Source: the human T2T-CHM13v2.0 reference genome, Homo sapiens. Taken from it: a stretch of DNA of 64,000 nucleotides. Position 1 is the first letter of the stretch. The number at the start of each line of letters is the position of its first letter. Below, one piece after another: positions 12,985 to 24,129 of the stretch. The position numbers and the translations under genes were made by a program. Below the pieces are notes generated by a model that worked only from the letters and a program-made list of their open reading frames with translations, had not been told where the DNA came from and did no database searches. The stretch is from the NCBI RefSeq assembly GCF_009914755.1, contig NC_060932.1; one strand, given 5' to 3'.

Positions 12985-13436
12985 CTTTGTGTGCTAACTC
13001 AGGTCCTCAGAGAAGTGGATGGCACGGTGCGATTAACCATGCACGGCGCATGTGGGCGGAAACGGCTGTGAAGGGGAAAGGAGGGGCAGCCGTGGGCAGG
13101 GAAAGCCTGCAGACAGCTAGCTGGTCTAAGGCCGGCGCAAGGAGCGGGGGCAGGAAGGAGAATGGGGAGAATGCGCTCAGACCAAAAGCACAGTTCTCAG
13201 CCTCAGCAGAGCCACAGTGGAGTCTCTGAGAAGTTTGCCTCTTAGAGGAGCCCAGCTTCCCCACTGCAGGTAGAAATGGGCCTCCTCCAGAACCCCGCTA
13301 CCTTGCCACTGACTGGGAGCCGCCCAAGGGAGCAGTGGGCCTGGAGGCGCAGACACCGGGAGCTGCCAGCCAACTGTGCTCCCCTGTAGGGTCTCTTGGA
13401 GGGAGATGTGATGGGTGCATGTCACAGCTGCCACCC
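12985..13436 (-). mobile_element. Old MaLR LTR (MLT1J/K/L-like)
   Basis: GGAAACGGCTGTGAAGGGGAAAGGAGGGG...GGGAAAGCCTGCAGAC...GGAGATGTGATGGGTGCATGTCACAGCTGCCAC pattern. Confidence 0.55.
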
Positions 13437-13944
13437 CATGTGTAAGTAATAAGAAGAACTTTGATGCGATGGGAGTATCTCCATAGAGACAGAGGGAGAT
13501 AAGGTGAAAAGAAATATGTCTGCCCAATTGCAAAGTCTTGCAAGTCCCACTAGAGATTGGGCATTCACCCACTATCAGAGGCTCCAAGAAAACAGGGTCT
13601 TATGTGCAAATTCATTTCAGAAACACATTTTATAAGATTTCCTGCCTGGAGATTCATACAGCAGAGTAGCATATTAAAGTCTCTGAAACATCTTGCAGTA
13701 AAGAAACCTATTTAACTTTTTTAAACTCAGTATATTCCAGACCCACCTAACCAGATACTCACAGAATTCTGGCAGAAGATGCTTTAGCAACCTTGTGCTG
13801 TAGACCACATGATCCCAGCAAGGTTTCCCATTAGGGACACAATTGAAGTTCTGCCCCTCGGGTGGCAGCCTCCAGAAATAAATTGAGAGATGAATATATT
13901 AGAAGCAAAAACAACTGCAAAGGCCCAGCAATCAATTAAAAGGG

Positions 13945-14381
13945 CCTAAACTGGGTGAGAAGCTGTAACAAAGTGCCACAGGCTGAGCGGCCTAAGCAAC
14001 AGAAATGTACTTTCCTGCGGTTCTGGAGGCCAGAAGTACAAGGCCAAGGTGTCGGCAGGGTTGGTTCCTTCTGAGGGTTGTGACAGAAGGGCTGTGCCTG
14101 GCATCTCCGTCTGGATTGGAGACAGTTGCCTTCTTCTCGTCTTCACATGGTCTTTTCTCTGTGTGCTCACATACCTAGTGTCTCTCCCTGTAAGTCCTAA
14201 TCTCCTCTTCTCATAAAAACACCAGTCAGAGTACCTTAGGGCCCACCCTAACGACCCTGCTTTAACTTAACTACCTCTGTAAGGACCCTATGTCGAGATA
14301 CAGCCACATTCTAAGGTGTGGAGGGTGAGGCTGGCAGCATATAAGCTTGGTGGGGTGGAGGGCACAGTTCAGCCCACAGCA
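13945..14381 (-). mobile_element. MaLR LTR (MLT1B/C-like)
   Basis: GTAACAAAGTGCCACAGGCTG...CAACAGAAAT...TTCTGGAGGCCAGAAGT...AAGGTGTCGGCAGGGTTGGTTCCTTCTGAGG...CACAGTTCAGCCCACAGCA. Confidence 0.85.
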
Positions 14382-15898
14382 GTGCAGTGGAGATCGCTGC
14401 AGCCCGGGAACACCTGCCTCTGCTCCCTCTCCTGATCTGTGGATGACTACGCTGCCCAGCACCCCTGCAAGTAGGAGGGATGATGTGACTTGTTCTGACC
14501 ACAAGGCTGTGAGCAGAAGCATCTTATGTCACATCCAGGCCCAGCACTGAAAAGCCTCTGCTCAACCCCTTGCCTGGAAAATCCTGAGCCATGTGCAGAG
14601 GAGGTGGCCAGATAAGACAAGGGGGCCTCTTCAGCCTGAGTCCCTGAGGGACAACGCACAGCAGAGACCCTGCAGACCTGCATTGGGTGCATTGCAGAAG
14701 GGAGAAATGGACTTTTTCTGTACTGAGCCAGAGAAATTTGGAGATTAACTTCATACTTCAGCATAACCTAGATGATTCTTACTAAGTGACGGGAATGGAC
14801 AGAGTACACTGCCAAAACATGATCATGTCGTGAGCAACTCACTTATCTTGGAAGAAGGAAGGAGGGGGTGATATTTCCGAGTATGTTGATCGAATGGATA
14901 GCAACATCATTACAGAGAACAAAGGAGATGAGACAGCTTTGGAAATAAATTGAATTTGGGCCATGTTATGCTAGGGATCCTCAGCCAGCAATGTCTAGTA
15001 AACAAGTCAAACCTCACATCTGCAATCCAAGAACAATGTCTAAGCTGGAAATAATAATATTGGCATTCATCGGCGTATAGTGACTGGTAGATGGGAGTGG
15101 ACTGAACTACCTGGGAAGAGTTTGTGGAGTGAGAAAAAAAAAAGAGCAAATACCCTCTTGGAAGTTAGGCAACTCCAACTTGGCAAGAGTAAGCCGAAGA
15201 AGAAAATGCAGGAAGCGAGGCTGGCAGTGGTCAGAAGTCATTGCAGTTTTCCTCTCTCATGACTGTCTCGCCTCAGGACCATAAGAAGCTGGCAGAAATG
15301 ATGCTTTCCATCCTTGTATTCCAGGTGCCAAGTCCAGATGACTGTACTTCGTGGCCCTTCAGTGTATGCAGCAGAAAGCCTGGGACCGTAGAAGGCCTGC
15401 GGGAGAGGGTGGGGAAGGTTGGAGAGTCATGTGTGTCCTGAGCTGCAGACAGTCAGAAAGAGCACTAAGAAGAGGGCTCGGCCATGGCAGGTGTGGGAGT
15501 CATTCAGGGCCAACCTTTAAGACACAAGCTTCAAAACATCATTCAAGAAAAAACCCATGCTTGACACATTGGGGAATGCAAAAGGAAAGGTCAGAAGTGC
15601 AGATTGTTTTTGTAGACTATTCTTTGAAGAAGCTTTGTTATATCAGAAAGGAGAGAAATCAAGTGGTAACTCAAGAAGACAGCAAATTTAAGAACTCATG
15701 TTTTTGGAAGGAAGACCCAAAAGCATGGCTATTGATGACAAACAGGGGGCCTATGGAGAAACACTGAACACATACCAGAACAAGGAGAATAGTCTCTGCA
15801 GCAAGCCTGAAGGAGGCGTGGGAAGAACTGACCCAAAGAACAAGCTGAGCTGACAGACTTAAAATGAAAATAAAATGACAGACAGACAATTCAAGGAG

Positions 15899-16140
15899 TG
15901 CCATGTGGGACAGCAGATCTCTAGAGCTTCATCTTGCTTGGCTGAAACTGTATGCTCACTGATAGTAACTTCCATGGCCCCTCTCCAGCCCCTGGCAACC
16001 ACCATGCCAGTCTTCACTATATGATCATTGACATTTTTATTTATATTATATTATATTATATTATATTTTATATTGTGCACTTAAAATTTGTTAAGAGTGT
16101 GGATCTCATGTTAAGTGTTTTTACTAAAATAAAAATTTTT
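15899..16140. mobile_element. Short L1MA-type 3' end with inverted 5' segment
   Basis: 15899-16005 reads on the minus strand as GGTGGTTGCCAGGGGCTGG...CTAGAGATCTGCTGT; ~16070-16135 reads on the plus strand as TATTGTGCACTTAAAATTTGTTAAGAG...GATCTCATGTTAAGTG. Confidence 0.7.
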
Positions 16141-16158
16141 AAAAGAAAAGACCAAAAA

Positions 16159-16470
16159 GGCCAGGCGCAGTAGCTCACACCTGTAATCCCAGCACTTTGG
16201 GAGGCCGAGGTGGGCTGATCACCTGAAGTCAGGAGTTCGAGACCAGCCTAACCAACATGGTGAAAGCCCATCTCTACTAACTACAAAAAATTAGCTGGGT
16301 GTGGTGGTGCATGCCTGTAATTCCAGCTACTCAAGAGGCTGAGGCAGGAGAATCACTTGAACCCTGGAGCCGGAGGCTACAGTGAGCTGAGATCATGCCA
16401 TTGCGCTCCAGCCTGGGCAACAACAGCAAAACTCTGTCTCGAAGAAAAAAAAAAAGAAAAAAAAAAGAAA
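16159..16470 (+). mobile_element. AluS (Sp/Sq-like) with TSD
   Basis: Full dimer; GGGCAACAACAGCAAAACTCTGTCTC end; flanks AAAAGACCAAAA / AAAGGACCAAAA. Confidence 0.95.
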
Positions 16471-16962
16471 GGACCAAAATATGAAAGCGATCATCCTTTC
16501 TTTGAGAGAGGAAAGAAGGGAACAATGGAGAAACACATGTGCCTGAAGCTAGAAAGCACCAGCAAAGAGAACTCATGTCTGGTGATGTGTGTTTTTGCCA
16601 GGAAATAGGAGGAAGGGTCAAGTGAAGGAAGGGGAGAGGTGGGATGTAACTTAAAGGGTGGTGATTAGGATTTAGAAGCATTGCTATGAGGAATAGAATC
16701 AGAGGCCAATTTAAAACACAAATTATATATATTTCAGAACAGCATTTAGAATCCTGCTGAGTTTTGTTTTTGTTTTGCTGCATGTTCTAAGGGATTTGGT
16801 GCAATCTTTTGAAACTAATTTAGACTTTTAGAAAAATACTTTCAGCTGTGAAATCACATTTAAATAAATGCACCACATATATTCTCCACAAAGCCATGCT
16901 TTTGTGCAACCGACACACAAACCTGCAAGAGGATTGTTAAGGGCTGAACATTTGTGTCCTTC

Positions 16963-18246
16963 TGTGATATAAGAAAACATATTTGATCTCTGCCCTTGGT
17001 TCCTGACACAGAACTTCTAAACCCCTTAAAATTACCAGGGTAATACAGGTGTCTTTATTCTAAGAGGTAACCCTTGGTGGGCTCCTGGAGAGCTTCAGGA
17101 TAGGGACTTCTCATCAGAGATAACAAGCCATGGTGAGAAGCTTGAAACATTCAGCCCTACCCCCTTATTTTCAGGGAGGGGAGAAGGATTGGAGACTGAG
17201 TTAATAATTGATGATGCCTACCCAATGAAGCCTCCATAATATCCCTAACCTATGGGGTTTGGAGAGCTCCCTGGTTGGTGAGTGCATCCATATGTCTGGA
17301 GGGTGGTGTGGCCCAACTCCATGGGACAGAAGCTCTTATGCTTGGGATCACCCTAGACTTCACCTTAGGTACCTCTTCATCTGGCTGCTCATCAGTATTC
17401 TTTAAAACATCCTTTATAATAGACCAGTAATTGTAAGGAAGTTGTTTTCCTGAGTTCTGTGAGCTATTATCGCAAATTATTGAAACTTAGGAAGAGGTCA
17501 TGGGAACCACCAATTTGTAGCCAAGTCAGAGAGAAGTGTAGGCACCCTGGGTACCCATTACTTGTGATTGGCATCTGAAGTGGGGCACAGGTTTGTGGGA
17601 TTTACCTCTTAACCTTGGAATCTGCACTCTTGGTAGTTAGTGTCAGAAGTGAATTAAATTGTAAAACATTCACTGGTTTCTGCAGAGATATGGATAACTG
17701 CTTGGTGTAGAACTGCTTGTTCATTCACTATTCACAAAACCAAAGACATGGAATCAATCCAAATGCCCATTAATGATAGCCTGGATAAAGAAAATGTAGT
17801 ACATACACACCATGGAATACTATGCAGCCATAAAAAAGAATGAGATCATGTCTTTTACAGGGACATGGATTAAGCTGTAAGCCATCATTCTCAGCAAACT
17901 AACACAGGAACAGAAAACCAAATACTGTGTATTCTCACTCATAAGTGGGAGCTGAACAATGAGGACACATGGACACAGGGAGGGGAACAACATACACCAC
18001 AGCTTGTCAGGGTTGGATGGGGGAGGGAGAGCATCAGGGTAAATAGCTAATGCATGCTGGACTTAATACCTAGGTGATGAGTTGATAGGTGCAGCAAACC
18101 ACCATGGCACACGTTTACCTGTGTAACAAACCTACACATTCTGCACATGTATCCTGGAACTTAAAATAAAATTTTAGTAAAAAAGAAAAAAGAAAAGCTG
18201 TTGTTTGGTTTCAAAAGTGTTGTGGGTAAATCACTTTCCTTTACCA
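16963..18246. mobile_element. MER21-like LTR nested in the MaLR LTR
   Basis: TGTGATATAAGAAAACATATTTG...GGTTCCTGACACAGAACTTCTAAACCCCTT...CCCAACTCCATGGGACAGAAGCTC; TG...CA termini. Confidence 0.75.
17721..18197 (+). mobile_element. L1PA 3' end nested in the MER21-like LTR
   Basis: CACCATGGAATACTATGCAGCCATAAAAAAGAATGAG...TTCTCACTCATAAGTGGGAG...GCAGCAAACCACCATGGCAC...CTTAAAATAAA plus A tail. Confidence 0.9.
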
Positions 18247-19164
18247 CTCCACTCAAATTCAAATGTCAAAATCTTAACTCCTAATTGATGGTGGTTGGAG
18301 GTGGGGTCTTTAGAGAGTGATTCATGAGGGTGGAGTCCTCATGAATGGGATTAGGGACCTTATAAGAAAACACAGGAGTACTTGCTCCCTCACTCACTCT
18401 TTATCTCTTTCCATCTCTCTGCTCTGTCTCTGTCTCTTTCTCCTCACCTCTTTCTCTCTCTACTCTCTGCCATGTAAGGGTACTATAACAAAATGGCTGC
18501 CTCACCAGACAGTAGATATGTCAGCACCCTAATCTTGAACTTCCCAGCCTCTAGAACTATGAGAAGTACATTTGTGTTGTTTAAGCTACCCCATCTATGG
18601 GATTCTGTTATAACGCCCAACATAGATAACATAAGGATCAATCAAAGGAGTTAGGAGCTATCTCATCCCTGAAATTCTTCTAAAGCTCTGCCAGTTTTAT
18701 TAGTGATTATTTCTAAGACAGCCTGCAACCATATGATTTGATTGAGCATGTAGATGGGGGTTCAGTATCCTTATGAGCCATCTTGTGCCCACATGGCTGG
18801 CCTATAGTACTGTACAACTTTTCCAGGGGGCCACTTATTATCTTTTTAATGTTTTATAGCTATGCTTTTTTTTTTTTCTTGGAAGGCATAGACAGGGAAA
18901 CTTAGGAGCTCACCTGTTTGTAAAAGCCTTTTCCTAGCAAGCAACACAGTATTTCTTAATAATAGAAGTTTTTAAGAGCCAGACGCTTGAACTTGTGGGT
19001 GTCTGTTTGGGGAAAGAGTCAGTTAAAGTAAAAGTAAAGTTATCTTGAGGCATTAACTTTTTTGCTTCTCAAGGCCATTGGTCTCTTATGTTAGCCTTTC
19101 TACAAACATAACATAAGGAAAGGCCTAGGCTGCTGGCAATGTTTTCAGCTAGCTGAATAAATAG

Positions 19165-19201
19165 GTTTGTTTTGTTTGGTTGGTTTTTTTGGGTTTTTTT
19201 T

Positions 19202-19245
<44 letters not shown>
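19165..19245. repeat. T-rich tract ending in ~42 uninterrupted T
   Basis: Direct read; pure T run 19204-19245 inside the proviral env region. Confidence 0.95.
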
Positions 19246-19248
<3 letters not shown>

Positions 19249-22200
19249 AAAGGAGGAGGCTCTGGTAACTTCTAGTTTATATGCTCAGAGAATGACTTAA
19301 AGGCTCAGAATTGTTGCTGGGCCAGACGGGTTTGGGTTCCTTGACCAAGTAGTATGTGTACAGTGGGGACACCTTTCTATAGGTGTTTCTTTTAGCATAG
19401 TTAAGGGGGGTAACAACAACAAAGCAATGTACAGCATATTTATATCCAGCAAGGACAAAAGAGGTCCTTACCTGAGAAAAAGATTGAGCACAGTGACAGA
19501 ACAATAGTAAAACAGTTAGTATACAGGAAAACCACTAGTCCTAAGATTTCTAACTACATTATTTGCTTGACAAGTCCTCAAGCTTCAGCCATGCTTAGAC
19601 TACTCAGCTTCTGGTGTATGACTAATGCAGGGCTTATTGTTTCTTCAAGCTTCAGCCGTACATAGACTGGTCAGCCTCCAGAGTAACCAGAGCAGGGCTG
19701 TTGTCCTCAGCAGCAGCTTGGTCTCATCTCAGGATTAGCCGGGTTGGATATCTGGGTCTTGCTGGCTGGTTTACCTGTCCTGAGCTGATGGTGTTAGCCG
19801 ATGGTGGTGGATCCCAGACATAACACCTGCAACTTTAACAGCAGTGGGAGTGGACAAGATTACAGTATAGGGCCCATCCTATATGGGACCTAGAGAAATT
19901 AGATTCTACTTTTTAACTGAAACAGATTTACCAGATTTAAAGGGGTGTCAGGCTTATAGGCATTTTCATATATTTAATTATCAACACTTTGCATGGCTAT
20001 TTCTAAAGCCTGCATTTGCTTTCTTAAGGTTAATTCCTTTAGTTCCTGGAGGTCATCTTTAATTTGACCTATGATTTGGGAGTGGCTGACTGAACAAAAT
20101 CTTATGGGGCAAATACCCAGTTTGTTTGGTGGGGGTTCATCTGACTCGGAGGAGGACCATAGGCAAAAACCTGATTCTACTTCAAATGAATTTCCTGGCA
20201 ATATTTCCTCAGTAGCTGCTTGAGTGTCCAGTTCATGTGTTCTACTTTTTCCTGAACTTTTCGGCTGATAGGCTGTATGCAACTTTTATTTTATTTTTAA
20301 CAGTCTTGTTAAATCTTGCACTATTTCAGCTACAAATGCCGGCCTATTGTCTGACTTTAAAGTTAGAGGCAGTCTAAACCTGGGGATAATGTTTTTTAAC
20401 AGTACTTTAGTCACTTCTCATACTTTTTCTGTCCTGATAGGGAAAGCTTCAACTTACTCTGAAAAGCAGCAAACAAGCACTAGCATGTACCGATAGCCAC
20501 CAGCACGGGGAAATTCTGTAAAGTTTATAAGCAAGTTTTCACAAGGCATGGCTCCTTCTCCTGTTCAGTTTCCTAGAGGAGGGTTTTTTTTCTTTGTTTC
20601 TTTGTAATTTTATCTAGTGGCTTAGCTATCAGTGAGAAATTGGAATCCAGATACGGCAGAATTTTGCTGCCTTTGACTTCTAATGTGACCATGGGCTCCT
20701 GGGAGCCTAATGAGAAGGTGTCCAGTCTGTCCTAGTCCTTACATCCTTTAGCTCCTGCCAGCCTGATCAGATCAGTATTTGGTTCCTCCAAGGTGGGGCA
20801 GCACTTGGCCATTTCCCTCATTGTCTTCTGAACATTTATCCTTCCAGTGTCCTTTTTTCATCTCACACATTAATTTCTTTCTAGCCTTGTCTGGCTCTTG
20901 AATCCCTGCCTAACTTGATTTCTTCCACATCTACATCTGCGTCTACATCCTCTGACATTGCTAATCTCTCTTTCTATAAGAGCCGTTGCCAACAGATTGG
21001 CCTTTTTCTTAAGCCTTTAATTTACTTTCCTTTTTCATTCCTGAGTTCTCCTGCTCCTTCGGCCAGCCGGCAGGGCCGGGCAATGGCAGGGCAGGGCAAC
21101 AGCACGGGCCTTGCCCCCGTGCACTGCTGTCTGTCTCTCATTTCTTTCTGATTTGTTTACCTTTTTTTTTTCTTTCTCACACTTTTATTTTTTTCCTTTC
21201 TTTTTCCTTTGTTCTTCTCCTAATACCGGTCTCCAGCCCCCTTTTATTCAGATACAGCCGGGCTGGGGAGAGGGATTTAACCCTTGGCGTTCCTAGCTGC
21301 TGCACTTGTTGCTTTTGCTTTTTCCTGTTTTGTTCCCTGGTCACAGTTAAGACAGACCTTGGTAGCTACTTTTATAGACTGGGTGGTATTCATGCCTGCA
21401 GCTTCTGCTTGATGTCACCCTGGGCTTGCCTTACAAATGAAGTATTTACCATATGCTGATTTTCAGCAGTCTCAGGGTTAAATGGGGTGTAAACCAGAAT
21501 GCTTCACAGAGTTTTTCATAAAACTGACTTAGCCTTTCTTCAGCTCCCTGAAGCACTTCTGAAATCTTCCTTATATTAATTGCTTTCCTTCTACTAACTC
21601 TTAGCCCCTGCAGAAGTGCCTCTTGGTACCTCTGCAAACGTTGAAGCTGAGTTGCATCCTCCGGGTCCTTTTTGTCCTTCCCCCAGAGTTCAACAGGCCC
21701 TTTTTCTTTATATAATGCTCCATGCACTTGGAGGGTTAAAAAGGCATACCGAGAGTCAGTGTAAATGTTTATAGTCTTACCTTAACTGAGTTCTAAGGCC
21801 CAAATTAAAGCAATGAGCTCATCTTTCTGGGCTGAAGTGCCTTGGAGCAACGATCTGGCTTCAACGACAGTGTCCAGGGTTCCACCACATATCCCGCACA
21901 TCTCTCTCCTTGTGGGTTGATGAAGCTGCTCCTGTCCACATATAGCTTCCAGTCTACTGATGCCCAAGGCTGGTCCCGGAGATCAGGTCTGCTGGAGTAA
22001 ACTGAGTCCAACACTTCTACACAGTTATGCACGACAGGGCTCTCTGATACCAGGAGCAAGATGGCAGGGTTCAGAGTGTTTCCAGTTTAGTAGATCAGTG
22101 GTTGAAAAGGGCTGATAGATGAAAGTCTGTTGCCCCCTCCGGATGTGGCCCTGGTCATCATAATAGATAGGTCCTCGCATCTCCATGAGAGGCATTTGCA

Positions 22201-23624
22201 TAGCTCGAGCACAACCAGATCTGAGACGACCCCCGCTTGACTACCTTGATCTCCTTCCCTGGCCTCTGGAGTCTCTGATCCTCGTGAGACCTGGGGCATG
22301 TTAGCTCCTGAATCTGGTTTCTGAGGCGGCTGTTGGCCTCGGTAAAGTGGGGGTAGGCTGGGACATAGGGAGAAAGAATTTCTGTTGCCTTTGGCAGTTC
22401 CTGTACAACTGGCTTCTCTTGCTGTCTCTGGGACTCCCCTTTTAACTCTGTGTCTGCTGGCAAAGCTGCTCTTACTTTCACTTTTGGCTTTTTTGCAATA
22501 AGCCATTAAACAGGGCTGGATCTATGCTGGTTTTGTCTATATTATATTTAGCCATGAGTCAATATAAAGGAATTTGATCTGGGTACACTGGCTGTCCTCC
22601 AACCCTTGTCACCACCTTAAATACATGGCCAATTGTTCCTTGTTTAAAGTTCCTTCAGTCAGCCATCTAACACCAAAAGAAGGCAATTTTAATTCACAGA
22701 GAGTTCTCAACCTCTGGGGGGTTAACTTAACTCTATAATCCCCTCCAAAACCTTTCTTAAGGTTCTGTAACATGCACTCCAATAGAGTAAGTTTTGATGT
22801 TTTGGTGACTTTTCTTCTATTCCTCCTTTTATGACGCAGCACATTCACTCTTGCACACTCACTCTTTCTCTCGTTTTGGCCGACTACACCATCTCCTATT
22901 ATGGGAGTTTTTAGATGCTGCTTGCCTTTGGAGAGGTCCTTATTCCCACTACAACTCTGAGCTGTAGGGCAGCTCCTATTAGCGGTATGTAGATTGCCAC
23001 TAGTCTTAGTCAGCCCCACACTTTCACGGAGCACACAGTTCACACTAAGAGATCTGTGACTCCCCACTTCTCAGCTGATGAGCCTAATTAGGCCCCTCCA
23101 TTCACACACTTTCACACACTTTCAGTTCCTATGTTCATAATTGGGGTGGTGAGCCACTCTTGCCACAAGAAGGGAAAAAGGGCAAAGGGTAAAAGGTCAC
23201 TCACTCATCAAGAAATTCACACCAAATCAGAATCAAAACCAAAACCAAAGTGCCGATAAATGCATACCTGTTCATCAAGCAATTCAAGCCAAGTCAAAAT
23301 CAAAACCAAAACCAAAGTGCAAATAAAGGCACACTGTGGGTGATCAGGCCACGCTTCCACTCAAATGGAGTAGGCAAGTTCCTAAGACCAGTCTTACCAT
23401 ATTCCAGATGTCCAACTCCAAGCATCAGTTCCTTCCCAGTGTTCAGCCACTGTGTTGATCCTCCACGGGGGCCTGCGGCACACTGCTCTGATGAGACATT
23501 CCACCAGGGCAAATGCCTACCTGGGAGTGTTCTCAGGATCTGTGTCACTCAAGCCAGCTAGGGTCACCCAAAGGGATGCTCCACAGGGCAGGCAAAAGCT
23601 GCCTAAGGGGCTGCCTCACCTTGC

Positions 23625-23642
23625 TTCCTGGTCAGGGAACCA
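23625..23642 (-). promoter_or_regulatory. Retroviral primer-binding site, tRNA-Glu
   Basis: Plus strand TTCCTGGTCAGGGAACCA matches the tRNA-Glu 3' end (TTCCCGGTCAGGGAACCA) with 1 mismatch; 5 nt from the LTR end. Confidence 0.9.
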
Positions 23643-23647
23643 AGAAA

Positions 23648-24129
23648 TGTAGCAGGACGTGCTACAGACAAAACTCCTCAGACACCGGGTTAAAGAAGGA
23701 AGCGGCTTTATTCGGCCGGGAGCTTCAGCAGACTTGCATCTTAAGAGCTGAGCTCCCCAAAAAAAAATTCTTGGCCTTTTTAAGGGCTCACAACTTTAAG
23801 GGGTCTACGTGAAAGGGTCACAAGCATGGGGAATGTGACTGGGGGCTACATGCATCAGCTAACAGAACAGAAAGTTTTACAATGCTTCCTCATACAATGT
23901 CTGGAATTTACAGATAACACAAATAGTTGAGGTCAGGGGTTGATATTATTATTATTTTTATTATTATTATTATTATTATTTAACCATCAGGGCAGGGTGG
24001 TGGCCCCAAGGTCATCTGGCTATTTATCTTACTTTTTTTCTTTTTAACTTTTTGCTTTCTCCTTTTTCTCTTGTTTTATAAACTAGGCAAGGCGGAGAGC
24101 AGCAGGAGAACTGGTGGTCTCCTTCCTCA
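23648..24129 (-). mobile_element. LTR2-family (LTR2B-like) 5' LTR
   Basis: Minus strand starts TGAGGAAGGAGACCACC and ends ...GTCCTGCTACA; TATA-like CCCTTAAAAAGG and AATAAA present. Confidence 0.85.

Larger units (their letters stand above)
16935..18633 (+). mobile_element. MaLR LTR (MLT1A/MSTD-like), split by a nested MER21-like LTR and an L1
   Basis: 5' part TGTTAAGGGCTGAACATTTGTGTCC at 16935; resumes ~18247 (CAAATTCAAATGTCAAAATC...CATGAGGGTGGAGTCCTCATGAATGGGATTAG); 5-bp TSD AGGAT at 16930-16934 and 18634-18638. Confidence 0.8.
18683..24129 (-). mobile_element. HERV-E/Harlequin-type provirus, defective and 3'-truncated
   Basis: 5' LTR 24129-23648; Glu PBS; gag MA (KLTLLECMLQNLKKGFGGDYRVKLTPQRLRTLCEL); RNase H piece (LYVDRSSFINPQGERCAGY, GTSAQKDELIAL); gag CA (LQRLQRYQEALLQGL...SQFYEKLCEAF); integrase (TEFPRAGGYRYMLVLV, LKSDNRPAFVAEI, HTAYQPKSSGK); env TM remnant ([27 protein letters not shown] near 18690-18770). 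All frames disrupted. Confidence 0.9.
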
